Source: Balanoglossus misakiensis
Taxonomy: Eukaryota > Animalia > Hemichordata
NCBI GenBank assembly: GCA_040954595.2
Contig: CM082594.2
Coordinates: forward strand, 7,447,573 to 7,511,572
Direction of reading: 5' to 3'
DNA length: 64,000 bases
Position 1 is the first letter of the stretch. The number at the start of each line of letters is the position of its first letter. This document shows positions 40,658 to 56,581 of this stretch, in pieces. The notes beneath the pieces are model-generated. The model saw nothing but the letters and a program-made list of their open reading frames with translations, made no database searches and was not told the origin of the DNA. A program made the position numbers and the translations under genes.

Positions 40658-42539
40658 CTAAAAGAAATCTACAGGGGCCGTGATGTCATATGCAGTGGTA
40701 ATCGCGGCTAATTGGAAGGGGTCGTTGGTGAGGCACTTTATTGTTATGTTGTGGGACCCAGGTTGCATGTCTGTGGCCACCACTGTTGGCCAGGTGACTT
40801 TGTGCTTGCTGCGGCCGTACACCGTGGCCGCCCTGGCGAAATCGTTGTCGACGATGACCCTGACGGCCCCGCACTCGTTGCAGGTGAAGGTAGAGATGGC
40901 GATCTTGCTGGTCAGGTTTCTGTAGGGCTCGATCTCGATGGGGAAGCGGATGACGCTGCCGTTGAGGTTGCCCACCCACACCTGCTTGTGGTCGGCCGAA
41001 TTGGTGTCCACGGTGACTTTGTTCCACCCCTCGGCGGCCCGTATCGGCCACAGGTAGTCGCTCAGACTGTGCTGGGGCAGCAACGCCGACCAGCAGTGCG
41101 GTCTGGTGATGCGGGTGTCGGTGAAGAACGGCAACGGCAAGCGCGGCGGTGGAGGCGGCGGGGCTGGAGTGCCAACGCCTCCGCCGACGTCCGTCGACAG
41201 CCCGTACTTTTCTGGGTGGATATGCTCATCCAGCATCTCCCATGTTGCGTTGGTGATTACATTCACCATGAAGTACCGCAAGAAGAGCTCCATCTGCAGA
41301 TGCGCTTTCGAGCTCAGGTGGTTCTTGTTTGCTCCACCGAGCAAATCTTTAGCTTTATTGGCCTTGACCATGGGACACGCCGCCTGTTTGAGACTGACAG
41401 AGGGAATACCGTAGTGCAGGCTCAAGTCCCGGCCACCCAAATCTTCGCTGTTGTTACACGACCTCTGAGAGATCTGCGTTCCGTAGAGAAAATTGACGTA
41501 AATGAGCTGAGGTCGGTTCGGAACCTCGAGCACTTCGCGCGTGATTTCCTCCTGGGCGGACGGGCTAACACCTTTCAGGTAGTCGTTCACGGCAAATTCC
41601 CAGAGAATAAGGTCCAGGTGATGAACGTCCAGGTGGTTCTTCATACAATAGGCGAAGTACTGACTGTCCGTGGCTCCTATCGCGGCGTTGTGCAAGTCGA
41701 CCTTTTCTCCGAGAATTCGCTGAAGGGAAGTTTCAAACACTTTTGGGTAGAGGTTGACGACGGAGACCGAACCGCCCATTATACCTATTCTAAAGGGACG
41801 ACCGGTGTCGATGACCGTCTTGAGCCCCTTCTTCAAATTCTCCACGTTGCCCCAGCTCACAATCGCCCGCTTCACGTAATTCCTGTCCAGCCCCATCTCT
41901 CGGGATATCTGCGTGATGTTTTCTTTCTCCCTCTGCAAGCGAATGATGATGCTCTGTAACCTGCGTCCCAGGTCGGACTGGAGAAACGTGCGTCGCCTCT
42001 GACTCTCGTCCCCGGGGGAGACATCCCTGCCTCCGCCCACCAGGGGGACGATCGGCTCGGCGGACTGTTCATCGAACTGGTACTGAAGCACACTCCTCTG
42101 TGCCGGTCCAATCTCGGCAACCCGGGATCGCGACAAACCGACCGCGTAGAACAGAGTTCCTGCAACGCTAATCAATGCCACTACTGCGAATAAAACTGGC
42201 AGTTTGTTGTGTTGAATCTCCCTTAGACCTGTAACACAAAGAAAAATGGCATGGCTAACATACGTCAGGGAATGTGCTGAAATGTCCGAGCAAAACCACC
42301 TGTTGGAACCAGTTAAACCAATCAGATAATACCATACGAGGTGACAGGCTGCACACTAGTCCGTGCACTAATACTTTCCCGGGAAATTTGTGCAATACGT
42401 TCTAAATGACTATGAAGCGACGCCATTCCAAAATGTAAAATAACCATGAAACCTTACCGTTTGTTACAGATGTTGCCCAGTATTTGAAGTACGCGATCTG
42501 TTTCCTCACTGTGGGTTTGGACACCATCAATCGAACCAT
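40658..42539 (-). CDS. SGNH/GDSL-fold type II membrane protein (esterase or O-acetyltransferase-like) with C-terminal beta-rich domain
   Basis: Two coding exons: 42539 (or 42527)-42458 and 42228-40658. N-terminal hydrophobic anchor (LPVLFAVVALISVAGTLFYAVGL). SGNH blocks GIMGGSVS, NAAIGATDS, DLILWEFAVND and NKNHLSSKAH, then a poly-Pro linker and a beta-strand-rich tail. Confidence 0.85.
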
Positions 42540-45225
42540 TTCTAAAAAAAAAGTCGACGGAATTCAAACGAAATACTTTTAGTTATACAGCAACAGGTCG
42601 CCAATGGAATGAGCATACTTTCTGCCTTAAGAAATAATGTAGGAAAATACGCGTTTACAATTTTTCAGTCGTACCAACTTGAACACAAAATCACTTATAC
42701 GCCTATACCCGACATAAAAAAAAACGCTCGCCATTGTGGTCTATATGTTTATAAAACAAATTTCATCAAAACCAATACGAATATCATTTTCAATTAATAA
42801 AAGTGGGTTTTATGACGTATGCTATGACCACAAAGGAAAATGTACACACAAGCCAGAAAACGGATTACATGATCAATGACGTCACCCTGACCACGTAATA
42901 TTCCCTGACGATAGTAATTGCCAGGGTTGATTTGGACTCACTGAATCTAATTTTCACAACCGCTTGTCTAACGCTGTTGAGAAGCTTTTGGGATGAACTT
43001 CCCAGCTTTGTAGAAGACACAATTTGCCAGAAATCGAATTTTTGAAGCGAAAATTATGCATCGAAAACAAAAAAGCGCTGGAGTCGAGAAGCGTGGAGTG
43101 TGTTCAGAGTCTGCGCGAAAAGTATTCCAAGGATTGCCACGGTGGCGGGATCCCAGAGCATGCAGAAACAAACGATAATATATAATTACAGAGATTTAAC
43201 AAGCCGGTGATATCAAATTAAACACATCCTCAGACAGATCTGGTTACAAATTCCATGAGGTAAATTAAATGATAATCGTGAAGCCTATTTTAGGAGATAC
43301 CGAAATGTCTGATTTTGTTAACGTTTGTCAATTTCTGGGCAGCTTAATTTAAACGAGACGGAACTCATTTCTACTTCAAATTTTATGTCAATTTTTGGCT
43401 TACCATGCAATATAGCAAGTCGGTATATATTTTTTGAAGAATGTTCTCATGTTTCGTGAGAATAATAACTGATTGTGACGTACTTAATCTGAAACCTAAA
43501 CATTAAATGAAATTGAATAAAATGTGCCATGTGACACCATCTACCACATCATCACAATTTACATTTTGTAGAAATCTTTTGACGGTGGAGAATGCTTTCA
43601 TTTATAATCGCCATTTGCACAATTTCCATGCAAATTTCATTTCGTGTGCGTTTACACATTATCCATGTCGGTTTCACATTTCAAGACACATTGTATTTTC
43701 AGTGTAAATAAAACTTAAATTGTAATCACATATCAAATATTTGCTCTGCGTTGAATTGAAAATATTCTAAATAGAAATGTAATCGGAGAATATTCTGCAG
43801 AAGTAAAAACTTTCGGCTGAACATTTTGGTGACGTCGAGCAAAAAGATCTTCGGTCTGAAGAGACATTGAGATCGAAGATTTGTTTGGCGAAAGCGACAT
43901 CTGAAATTGACATACCGGCTAAATTCTCCCTGGCCGTCTCCACGGTAATCACCATCGTGTCAATCAATCACACATTTGAAACGGGTCCATCTAGCTCAGT
44001 CTCATTGTGGAAGGCGTCGTTGATTCCAAAATCGCAGGCGATTAAGAAAAAAACGCTCGATTTCAAAACATCAAACCATCAAGGCTCAAGGACCCGATAA
44101 AAGCGAATAAAAATCCCAAGTATTGTGCATGGATCTCAGCCCAGATGAAAGTATTGGCAATGGAAGCTCTGATTTGCGTTCTTTCTATCGTGGAGCTGGG
44201 ATTAGTCCGGACAGTGAAGTGGGAGCAACAGCTGGTGTTAATGTCAGTGGATGTGTGCCACAACTGAATGGGTAATTATTGGTTTTATGTCACTGTTAGC
44301 AAGGCAAGCGATCTTTCACTGTCCAGTATTATTTGATTAACCCTAACACCCCTAGAATGGGGATAATGGAGTAATCCTATCACTGACACGACTGGGGTGC
44401 TATGAGTGTTAGGAGGCAAACGCAGGTGTAATTTATTGGTAAAAGCGCGGCGATTCTACAAAATGCAGTGTGCTCGTCAAGGGCTATGGTTGTGACGACT
44501 GGAATGCCGAAACTGACTATTTTATTTCGGTTATTTTGAATAAGCCTTTTTTATGTTTTGATCGGTATTTTTTCATTTTGTCTGGGGTTATACCCTGCAG
44601 TGCGCTATGTCCGTGTCCGTCCACGCACAGATGAGTTGTCAATTTAAAAATATTATTAATATCAGATAACAAAAGATTTCGTGTACTGTCAGTAACAGCT
44701 GGCCGCGGACGGATTTTGGCCACCGTCTCCTGACCAGTGACATCGACCAGGGTGAAGTTATTGAGCAGATGAACAAATACTTTATTCAATATTCTTCTAA
44801 TTTTCGGCGAGGAAAACACCTTGTCTCTGCTTGCCAGAAATCAGCGTAAAGGTCAAAGGTCAAACGTGGCTATATATATACGGGGTATTTCATTCCACCA
44901 GTACTTACATAACTGCAATATTCTGATGTGTAACATTGTAATTGAATAAAGTTTCTAATTATTATGCAGAGTCACAGCTGTTAGTTAATTATTCAGTTTG
45001 GCCATTTTTGTCACACTTTAAATTCCTCTTTAATGAAAAGTTCCCCTTTAACCTGATTTGACTGGTGTATGAAAGACCAGGCAAAAGGACACACAGAAAA
45101 AAATGCTGTTTTAACTTTACATGTATTTATATTCAGAAGTTTTATGATAAAATATACAATAAAAAGTTTAGGGTGCACGCTACATATTTTTGCCTGTGAC
45201 CGATGTATGAAACTATGGTAACAGT

Positions 45226-48200
45226 CTAGGAATATAACATCTGGCTCTGTGTTAATACAGTCACAAAGTAATACAAACTGTCTTCCAACTCATTTCTGGA
45301 TGTATCTGATTGAAAAAAAAAGAAAGAAAAGAAAGAAAAAAAAAAGAAAAAAAATAAGCTCAAATAAAATACAGGTATGTTATACCTGAACTTATCAATG
45401 GTTTTCTGTCTCCATAACCTTTTTGCAATTTAGTATTCCGACATGAATCATCAGTTTCTTTTTTGACATTTCAAGATGACCGAGCAGAAAGATTGTACCT
45501 GTGTATGGATGTACCATTCGATTTACTCTTACCTTGGGTTTCTGAATGATTGATGTGGTCAAAGCAAGGTGCAGAGCTTAGCTGACAGACAGTGGAAATA
45601 TCTGAAGTGCTTCTCAACTCTACTCTCCATACATTGGGTTGTAAACTGTAATGCACGAAGTAAGACGCAGAACATTACTACTGACTTATCTACGACCAGT
45701 ATGCAAATGACCACTGTGAGCTGATTGGCTGTAGGGGGTGGTGGCACTATCCAATCATAAACCAGAAACTGAAGTATTGATGTGATTTTGACCAAAAGAC
45801 ATCCCAAGTTTATTCTTGGGGAAAAGCGAAAATCCATGCTCACTGCATTCATGGACATTACTTTAAACCAAGAAATCTGCCTGATATAAATAAGAAAGAA
45901 ACTTAGTTAAAAAGTGTTCTTACTTGGCATAGAGACCTTTAACCAGACCAGCTTCTATGGACAGATCAAAAGTGTGTATGCGGTCATGAGGATTGTTTTC
46001 ATAGTGTTTCACTGCATTTCTGTAAACAAGCAAATCACACTGTGAGAATCAAAACACGACAGGGAAAGCACTGTACGCATCTAAAGAGATTCTTTAACCC
46101 TCTCACCACTGATACACATTCCAAAAAAACCTGAATGACACTGACCTGATGAGGGATATATGATTCTGTAGAGGCAGCTTGAGAAAAGCTTGCGAGCCGA
46201 TTGTCAGCTCTAATATGTTGTACAGTCTCTGTAATCTCTCAATCTGGTTCTCGATGGCCAGCTCGCTCTTGGTGTAGAACTCCAATCCTTCCTTCATCAC
46301 CAGCTTCTCAGCTGTGTGCGTTAATAAAAAAAGAAATGATATCATAAATTATGCAGGATTAACCTTGTAATGACAAAAACTAGCCTGGGGCACATGATGA
46401 ACATTCCTGTTCTAGTGAAGATGCATTGACTGATTGACAATATGACTATGACTAAATATATGGTAGTGAGATAATATTTACCAACAAAATAAGTGGTGTA
46501 ATCCCTCAAAATTTTGTCCAATCCAATCTCTACAAGTAGTTCCAGTGGTGCCGAGTCATCCATCTGCAGTCGGTTGATTTTCCTTTCGTAGGACAACCTC
46601 ACAGCTTTTGCAATCATTGTCTGGTTACTTCTGTGCACCTGTACGGAGATGAGATGATTTTTTGTTACCATGGAAAGCTGAGATCTAGCCAATCACAGAT
46701 CGTCACTTGGGTGGTCATCACCCCCAAAAAATTCGCCACCACATGGTCATTCAAAGACATGCCGTTTTAACCATATATGGGCATATTTAAATTAGACGTG
46801 ATCATGTTCCTTTAACTTACCATGGGTTGGATTTCACTGTTTACAAGAGCCTTCAGCACAATATCCAGCGAGTCTTTCACTTCTTGATAACTACCAGCAG
46901 TGCACAGTAAATTCCACAACTGTTCAGTGAAGTCCAGACTTTTTCTCTCAGGCATCAACTGACGGTGAACGGGCGATTCAAATTCCTTCTCTCTTAAATT
47001 CTCTTCCTTGCCAATAATCTGCAGGAGATTGTATTCAGTCATCAATTTTGATGTTACCTGTATTTCTCTCCTCAGGAGAATGTGACTTTCTTTTTCAGAA
47101 AACCAGAACTTACCTTTGTTTGGATTCCTTTCTTCAGATCCTCGATAAACGATCTGATTTTATTCGGTAAAGAATCTTCTTCACAATCGGATGTCTTCTT
47201 TGCCCATTGTATCTCACCAGTCTCAAGTCCTCTGGCAAAGCTCTGAAGTTAAAAATGGTAACAGGGGTAAATCTCAAAAATGGTATATTGCCAAATGACA
47301 TGTAATATTGATGGATGACTGGTAAGTGGTCAGATTGTTGGCCAATGATAAAAATCAACGGTAGTCAAGACACATTGTTGTCATGACTGCAAAGGTAGTC
47401 ATGGAAACTTGTAATCTTACCACCAGCGTGCAAAGTTCTTTGTACAGGGAGTGAATCAGGCTCCTCGGGTCCCCTGGGACCAATCTGATAAACTGCAATT
47501 CAAAAAGAATTATAAAAATGATAAGAGAATTGTGTGTACTATTGGTAGAACCAGGCGGATACAGAGTTCTAGAATTGCACCTACCACTGTTGCCTTTGCA
47601 CTGTGCGGTGGCTGTTGCAGGACGTGCGTGATGTTATCCCATTGGCACTCTATGGTTAGACTACTGCGCTGCTCCAGGTGACCTGATGATATCGACGTGT
47701 CGTGGGACACCGACCCAAACACATCATACTGCGCATAGCCCCTGGAAGTTACCTGTGTGGTCAGGGAAGGAATTATCAGGGGATGTGTTATGGACAATAT
47801 TGGATGCAGCTTGCAAGATGTTTGGTTTGATGGAGACGATAGTATGTGCATCCTGGATCCAGGTGAGATATCATATGAGTGCAGAAAGAGTTAAACTGAC
47901 TTACGTGGTGAGAGTCGGAATTATACCGATGATTTCGCAGCAGCTGATCCAGAGTTGGAAGTTCTGATTTTTCCACCATGGGACCTGAAGAAAATGTGAA
48001 ATCATCAAAGCATGTACAACACCCGTACTATCACACTAGTAACTTGGGCTGAAGGCACTGACTATACACAAGCTATACATACCTGTGCATGAGACTTTGT
48101 ACGATGAAAACCCAGACACTTGTCCAGACGAAGACGTCACCAGCTGACTTCCCATGTATGCTGTGTATTCCGGTTCTTGGCAGACGCATGGTATCCACAC

Positions 48201-49285
48201 TGGTAGGTTTGTGGAACCACAGGCACTTGGATCGTCTTGCATGTGAGGATTATTTGCAGTGGCGTATATTGATAGGACAAACCTGTCAAAGGAAACAAGA
48301 GAGCATCTCAATACTAGTAGATCTTTTACAGATTTTACAAATTGGTTTCAAACCTCGTCTCCCTCCCAGAGATCATGGGTGACATGGTGTCAGGAATTTC
48401 TGTGTCTGACTGGATCAAGGGGATTCTCTTTACCTGGCTTCTTTGACAGTGAGTGGCCTGACAGTGGATGTCTTCCTCACAACACCAGCCACTGATGTGT
48501 CAATGTGTATGGAGTCTCCCAAGTCATTCAGCACTGACTCTGATGACTCTTCATCCGAGTACACCTCACTGCAATCATCCTCAGCCTCCGACTTCCTGGC
48601 CTGTTAAACATATCAATAAATTGCACAATGATCACATGTACATTGCATGCCATCTAAGTAATATTTTGCGTGCATCTCAAGATGTTATTTGGTTTCTGCA
48701 ACAACCACCATTTATATTACCTCAGGGCTTCTTTGTACCCATATGAAATCTTTCCCTTTAGGAGATTTTCCCAACAATGCTTCAAGTGGAAAATATTCAG
48801 CTGACTTTCTTTGCAGGTGATACAGTCCTTTAAACTTTATATCAACTTCTTCTCGCTCTTTCTGGGTTAACCTGAAAGAACAAAATAATTCGTACAGTAA
48901 AATCGTTTTGAAAGTTTGATGTTGTCAGGGTTCGCATACCATTTGGCAATGTTTCCCAACATAAACAAACCACACGATATGCACGTAGCACTTTTTTTAT
49001 AACGGTTCGCCGTTATGTGGAAACTGTACACTATCTATTGAATATTTTGTTACCCCATCTTGTATTTGTACCCGGAAGTGTACCTCCTGAATAATGTGAT
49101 CGTGATGATGATAGCATTGATTCCACGATGTTTAACAACACTTACTGATCAAAAACTATCTTTGCTGTTTTCTGGATCTCCATGGTAACTGTTTATTGGT
49201 AATAACCTTGTATTAAAGCCGCCTTTTACATGATTGCACTGCAGTTCACACGTACACAGTTCAAAAACACCGCGTAGTCCGCCAT
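45226..49285 (-). CDS. ZWILCH: Zwilch kinetochore protein (RZZ complex)
   Basis: RKSLDFTEQLWNLL...SYQEVKDSL...IQPMVH; PLELLVEIGLDKILRDYTTYFV; QIERLQRLYNILEL; QPNVWRVELRS...TVCQLSS...DHIN; last exon ...LYYFVTVLTQSQMLYS* (TAG 45228-45226). The 5' exon structure is ambiguous (candidate ATGs at 49285, 49183 and ~48942); the frame is clear from the exon starting ~48871. Confidence 0.88.
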
Positions 49286-49650
49286 TTCCTGTCCAATGGG
49301 CGACGAGTGCATGCTGGGAAAAAAGGGCGACCCCTAAAGGTTACCGAGAGAAACCCCTTCAATAACCGGTTGGCAAGAGATTGTATAAGTCCGATTAAAA
49401 ATGTAGTTCAGTTTACTGCATTATTATGTCAAGAATTTCAGGAAAAAATATACTTCAATGCAATAAAACTATTTTAACTGAAACACTGGCCAGTAAAAGA
49501 AAGTTATAATGTTTTTTGTTTGAATTACTATTATTTTTTCCATGGAGAAATATGCATGCGCTTGTGTGAATTGCCCATGTTCATTCTTTTTCATCTGGTG
49601 GCCGCCATATTGACTGTGTGAAACACGTTGGCCTCAACAAATTGGCCAAA
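49286..49650. promoter_or_regulatory. Bidirectional ZWILCH/RPL4 promoter with TCT/5'TOP-like initiator
   Basis: Pyrimidine tract TTCTTTTTTCATCT at ~49584-49596 followed by YY1-type GCCGCCATATT (49601-49611); NRF1-like GCATGCGC at ~49554. This arrangement is typical of ribosomal protein gene promoters. Confidence 0.7.
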
Positions 49651-52598
<2,948 letters not shown>

Positions 52599-53611
52599 AA
52601 AGTGTTCTTGTGTGCATTAACTTGTAATGTACGTTTGTTACACTGTCATGCCATGAGGCAGCAATGAATAAAAAAAATGAATCTGAATCTTGTGATGTGT
52701 TGTTTCATTGTTTTTGCTGCTGTTGAGAATATTAAAATAAATTTTGGTTGACAACATGAGATGTGTTCAAAGGTCAATGATGCAACACTGCAATATTGGG
52801 GGTGTTTTGTTTGTTGCAAAATCAACACCGAGGGCGCTGTGCTGATCGCTTCCACCAGTAATTTGCATAAGCTAATCACGTGACAAAAAGTTTGCGAATC
52901 ACAATCAGGACAGTTACAGATCCAATGTGAACAACTTTATGAAACGAAACCAAAGACCGGGCTTGTTCAGTAACGTGTTCCAACCGTACACGTTTTTTTT
53001 ATTTTTATACAATTCGGCATATATTGCATTTGGTCGACGTGACACAAAATATTGCTTTATACATACACATGAAACCCAGAAATGTCTATAAACAAACGCG
53101 GAAGGTAAAATTATATCATAAACAATAAGATACAAGTCATGTACATACGATATTGCAAGCGTTAAGGCACACTCCTGTCAGAAACCACAAACTTAAAAAA
53201 AAATGTAAATTACGATGATAACTCGAAACAAGTAAACTGTGAGTAATGCATGTACAAGCCATACTGCCATACAAAGATACAGCCAATTTTGGCTTGTGAC
53301 GTACAAATTTAGAAATAAGGATTTTCATTAAAAAGTGCATGTATTTTCATTGCATTTGCAAATATGTCTTTGCGTTATATTTGGTGGTAATAACAGCAGA
53401 AAATCATTCTTCACGCACTTTTAATATTTACCATCGGATAAACTGATAAATCCACCGTCTTTTCGGTTTCGTCATTGATATAACAAGTGAAATATTTATA
53501 ATATGCCAACTTAAAAATAAATTGCCAATATTCGTAGGAGAGTTCAGTTTTCACTAGCATTCCGACACCACGCGACTCTATCCAGAGTTCTTTTGCCGAG
53601 AAGTGAAAACT

Positions 53612-54259
53612 TTAACAATCCTCTTCTGGTATGCTCGGATACGCCGAGTTAAGTTCCATGGCGGCGGCGGGCTGCTGACGTGAGTAGAGTCCGTTCTCAC
53701 GACACTCAGTACCGCCGTTTGCCGCCGGCGGCGTTTCGTTGTAGTAATCCACGCTGGACCAAAACTGCGGATTGATGTACGGTGTCCTCGCCCTCCCCGC
53801 GTTTTTCTGTTGTCGGATTCGGTTAATCTCATCCAGACTCGTTTGACTGCTTCGCACTGTAACAAGATTGTCTTGAGCGCCGACTTGTTTGCCTCGTTTC
53901 CTGTTTTTACACCAGTGGTACAATTTCTGTAGAGTGGTATAGAGAAAAGAATTGAAAATATGTCGTGGCGGAGAAAATTTGTCGCATTCTGCATTCGCTT
54001 ATCCAAGTAGTCATTTTCCAATCTTAAAATAGTTTTTCTTGGCAAGTATCTCGGATCTATGGACATTAGTTTGTTTTTACTGAAGAAAAGTTGTGTATAT
54101 TATGTTCCTGTAAAAATCAAGTACCACTCTTTCGGGTTTTGGCATATAAATACCTACCGGCGTATACTCCCAGATGACCACTACGATGAATATAAACGAA
54201 AGGAGTGCGGCCATCATCACCACGAGGGCGAGAAAAGGCGAGACTTTGTTCTTCGACAT
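53612..54259 (-). CDS. Small single-pass membrane protein (~138 aa) with cytoplasmic tyrosine motifs, uncharacterised
   Basis: Two ORFs join in phase 0 through a canonical intron: exon 54259-54158 (MSKNKVSPFLALVVMMAALLSFIFIVVVIWEYTP, donor GTAGGT) and exon 53926-53612 (acceptor TTTTCTCTATACCACTCTACAG; KLYHWCKNRKRGK...EEDC*). Confidence 0.65.
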
Positions 54260-56581
54260 GACGGTGGATCACCGGGAACTTAAAACGACCGACGACAGCT
54301 TGTTTAATTATGACAGAAATCTGCAATCAATGAAGAGTACTAGTATAGTTGAATCAAATTCAAAAGAAAGGAAGGTATACAGTCAGGGTATCTATATGTG
54401 TACGAAACTGTCTTTAGATGCAGCTTTTCTGTTGGTTTTCGTTTTCATACCTTCGCTCATACAAGTCAGTGCCGAAGTCACTTCATTACAATTTTAGCAT
54501 ATCAAAATAGCGTAATTACGCAGTTTCTACTTTTAATGACACGGACGAACCTGTGTGATTTCTTTCGTTCGACAAAACTAATAATTTACCGGTTCGGAAA
54601 AAGACCTCCATTCTAAGGTGTATTCATATCGACAGCGGTGTATTTACTCGATCTACTGTACCACGTTTCTGGGCAACCGACTGCAGACCGAAGCATTTGT
54701 GAAGCCGACATATTGAATCGGTCAACATGCGTGTTTTCCATGTTGTCAGATTTATGATCAAAATGACGGCTTGTTATATCTGGGCCCGAGTCCTGCGTTG
54801 AAACAATATAAAACAAATGCTGGTGTGCATAGCTCTATTTGTTTGGATGAGTTCGGCTCAGTTTTGGTGGTTGACTATGGTCGTTTTTTTTGTGCGAGCA
54901 AATCGCTGGAAGCAAGCAGCGAAATAATATGTCGCGCACTTGTGTGTGTTTTAATACACCGTCGACAGGTATAGTTAAACTGTGGTCATCAGGTGTTCTT
55001 TCATATTTTGGGTGTGTTTGCATCGACAGAGCGCCCATATATTCCTCAAAATGGCGGACAGACATAAAGATGGGACAAACAAAGATATAAAACTAACCTT
55101 GTGGTTATCGTTTAACTCCAACCTATTAGCGGCTTCGCCAGAGCGCACAACTCCCCCGAAGAAAAAAAAACTCGTGCAAAACACGCTTGAGTCTGGTCTG
55201 CGCTGCCTTAGCCGTGAGGTCCATTCACCGTCCCACACTGCCACGTTCACGTTCGTTCATCCCATAAACCTCAAAAGTCCTGTCTTTTCGTTCACATGAG
55301 TCGTGACGCAGTGTCCTGACACGATCGCTTTATAAATATCATCGACGGCATAGTTTGGTCACTGATGTAACAGTCAACCTCTCAGTGGCTGTCTGCTGTA
55401 GAGCCGCGTGAACTATGTACTCCACGGCTTACCGAACAACGCCTGTTGGGCTTATCTCTGATTACTGTCACCAGTAAACAGATTAATATCGGTAGCCGGT
55501 TCTTTCAACAGGTAAGAAGGGCTCCGCCAGCGTGGAAAACAAAGTCAGCGATACGTTCAGTCCACGCAAGCGTTTTTCTCTCACATTGGCGAAACTTGGT
55601 AATGGCTCTGAGTAAATATTGGCCGAGTTTCAAAACGGAGAGACAAGTGGTTAGCCTATACCTGGAATATAGATTGATGAGCCATCTAGTACTCCGCAGA
55701 CAGGCATGTGCAGTTAATGCTTTGGTCTACTAAGATAGCTGACTGCGTGTACTCTTCGAGGCGTTTAAGTTAAACCTAACTTTATTTCAAGTTATAGGAG
55801 GTGTATGCACTAACCGCGGTATGCAGGCCTTCTGAACTGAATAGTGAGAGAGCCGTAAACGCATGCACTCGCTTTTATAGTAGTATACAGGTGTTGAACT
55901 ATTAATATGCAAATGTGAGTCTTTTGTTTTGTAGCCACCATAGGATTCATATTTAAATTCTATTCTGTAAAAACGGAGCGTTGCTGCCCCCCAAAGTTGC
56001 CTACAGGTCGTCCGATAACACGAAACATTGTCGGTTTACATGCGCTGTCGGATTTTCTCTCATAGAGACACGCAAATGACAATTTCACAAGTACAATTAC
56101 ACTTTACAATATGTGTGCACACACTCCGCACTTTATTTCTGGAAATTACACCGACAAGTCGCCAATTATTGGCCGGGGCCATGCGGCCGTCACAACAATA
56201 TTAAAATTGGCTAACCTATAAATACAACTACATGACAATCTCAATCTTGCATTACCCTCACCCTACTATCTCTCTGACTGTTGCTTAGTTGTAAAGATTT
56301 TCATAGTTTATACCACTCTCCTGGAAAGAGCTCATATACATTGATTTACAGTGACCAGGGCTTTTAGCTTTTACCACATTTGACAAAAATGCCGTATACA
56401 TGTATTAAGCTTATGTCTTTACAAATACCAACTTCGCGACTGACCGTATTACACACGCAAAAATATTGCAAAAAGTTAATAAATAGAATTTGGCACAATA
56501 AAACGGTCCTGTTTTATGACTGGACTTGAGTTTTGCTGAAACTTTCCGCTCTCCAAATCTTGCTGTGGTTCTACTGTGACG

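Noticed and set aside
40712-41959. 415-aa plus-strand ORF
   Set aside because: Antisense shadow of the GC-rich SGNH coding exon; no independent protein signal.
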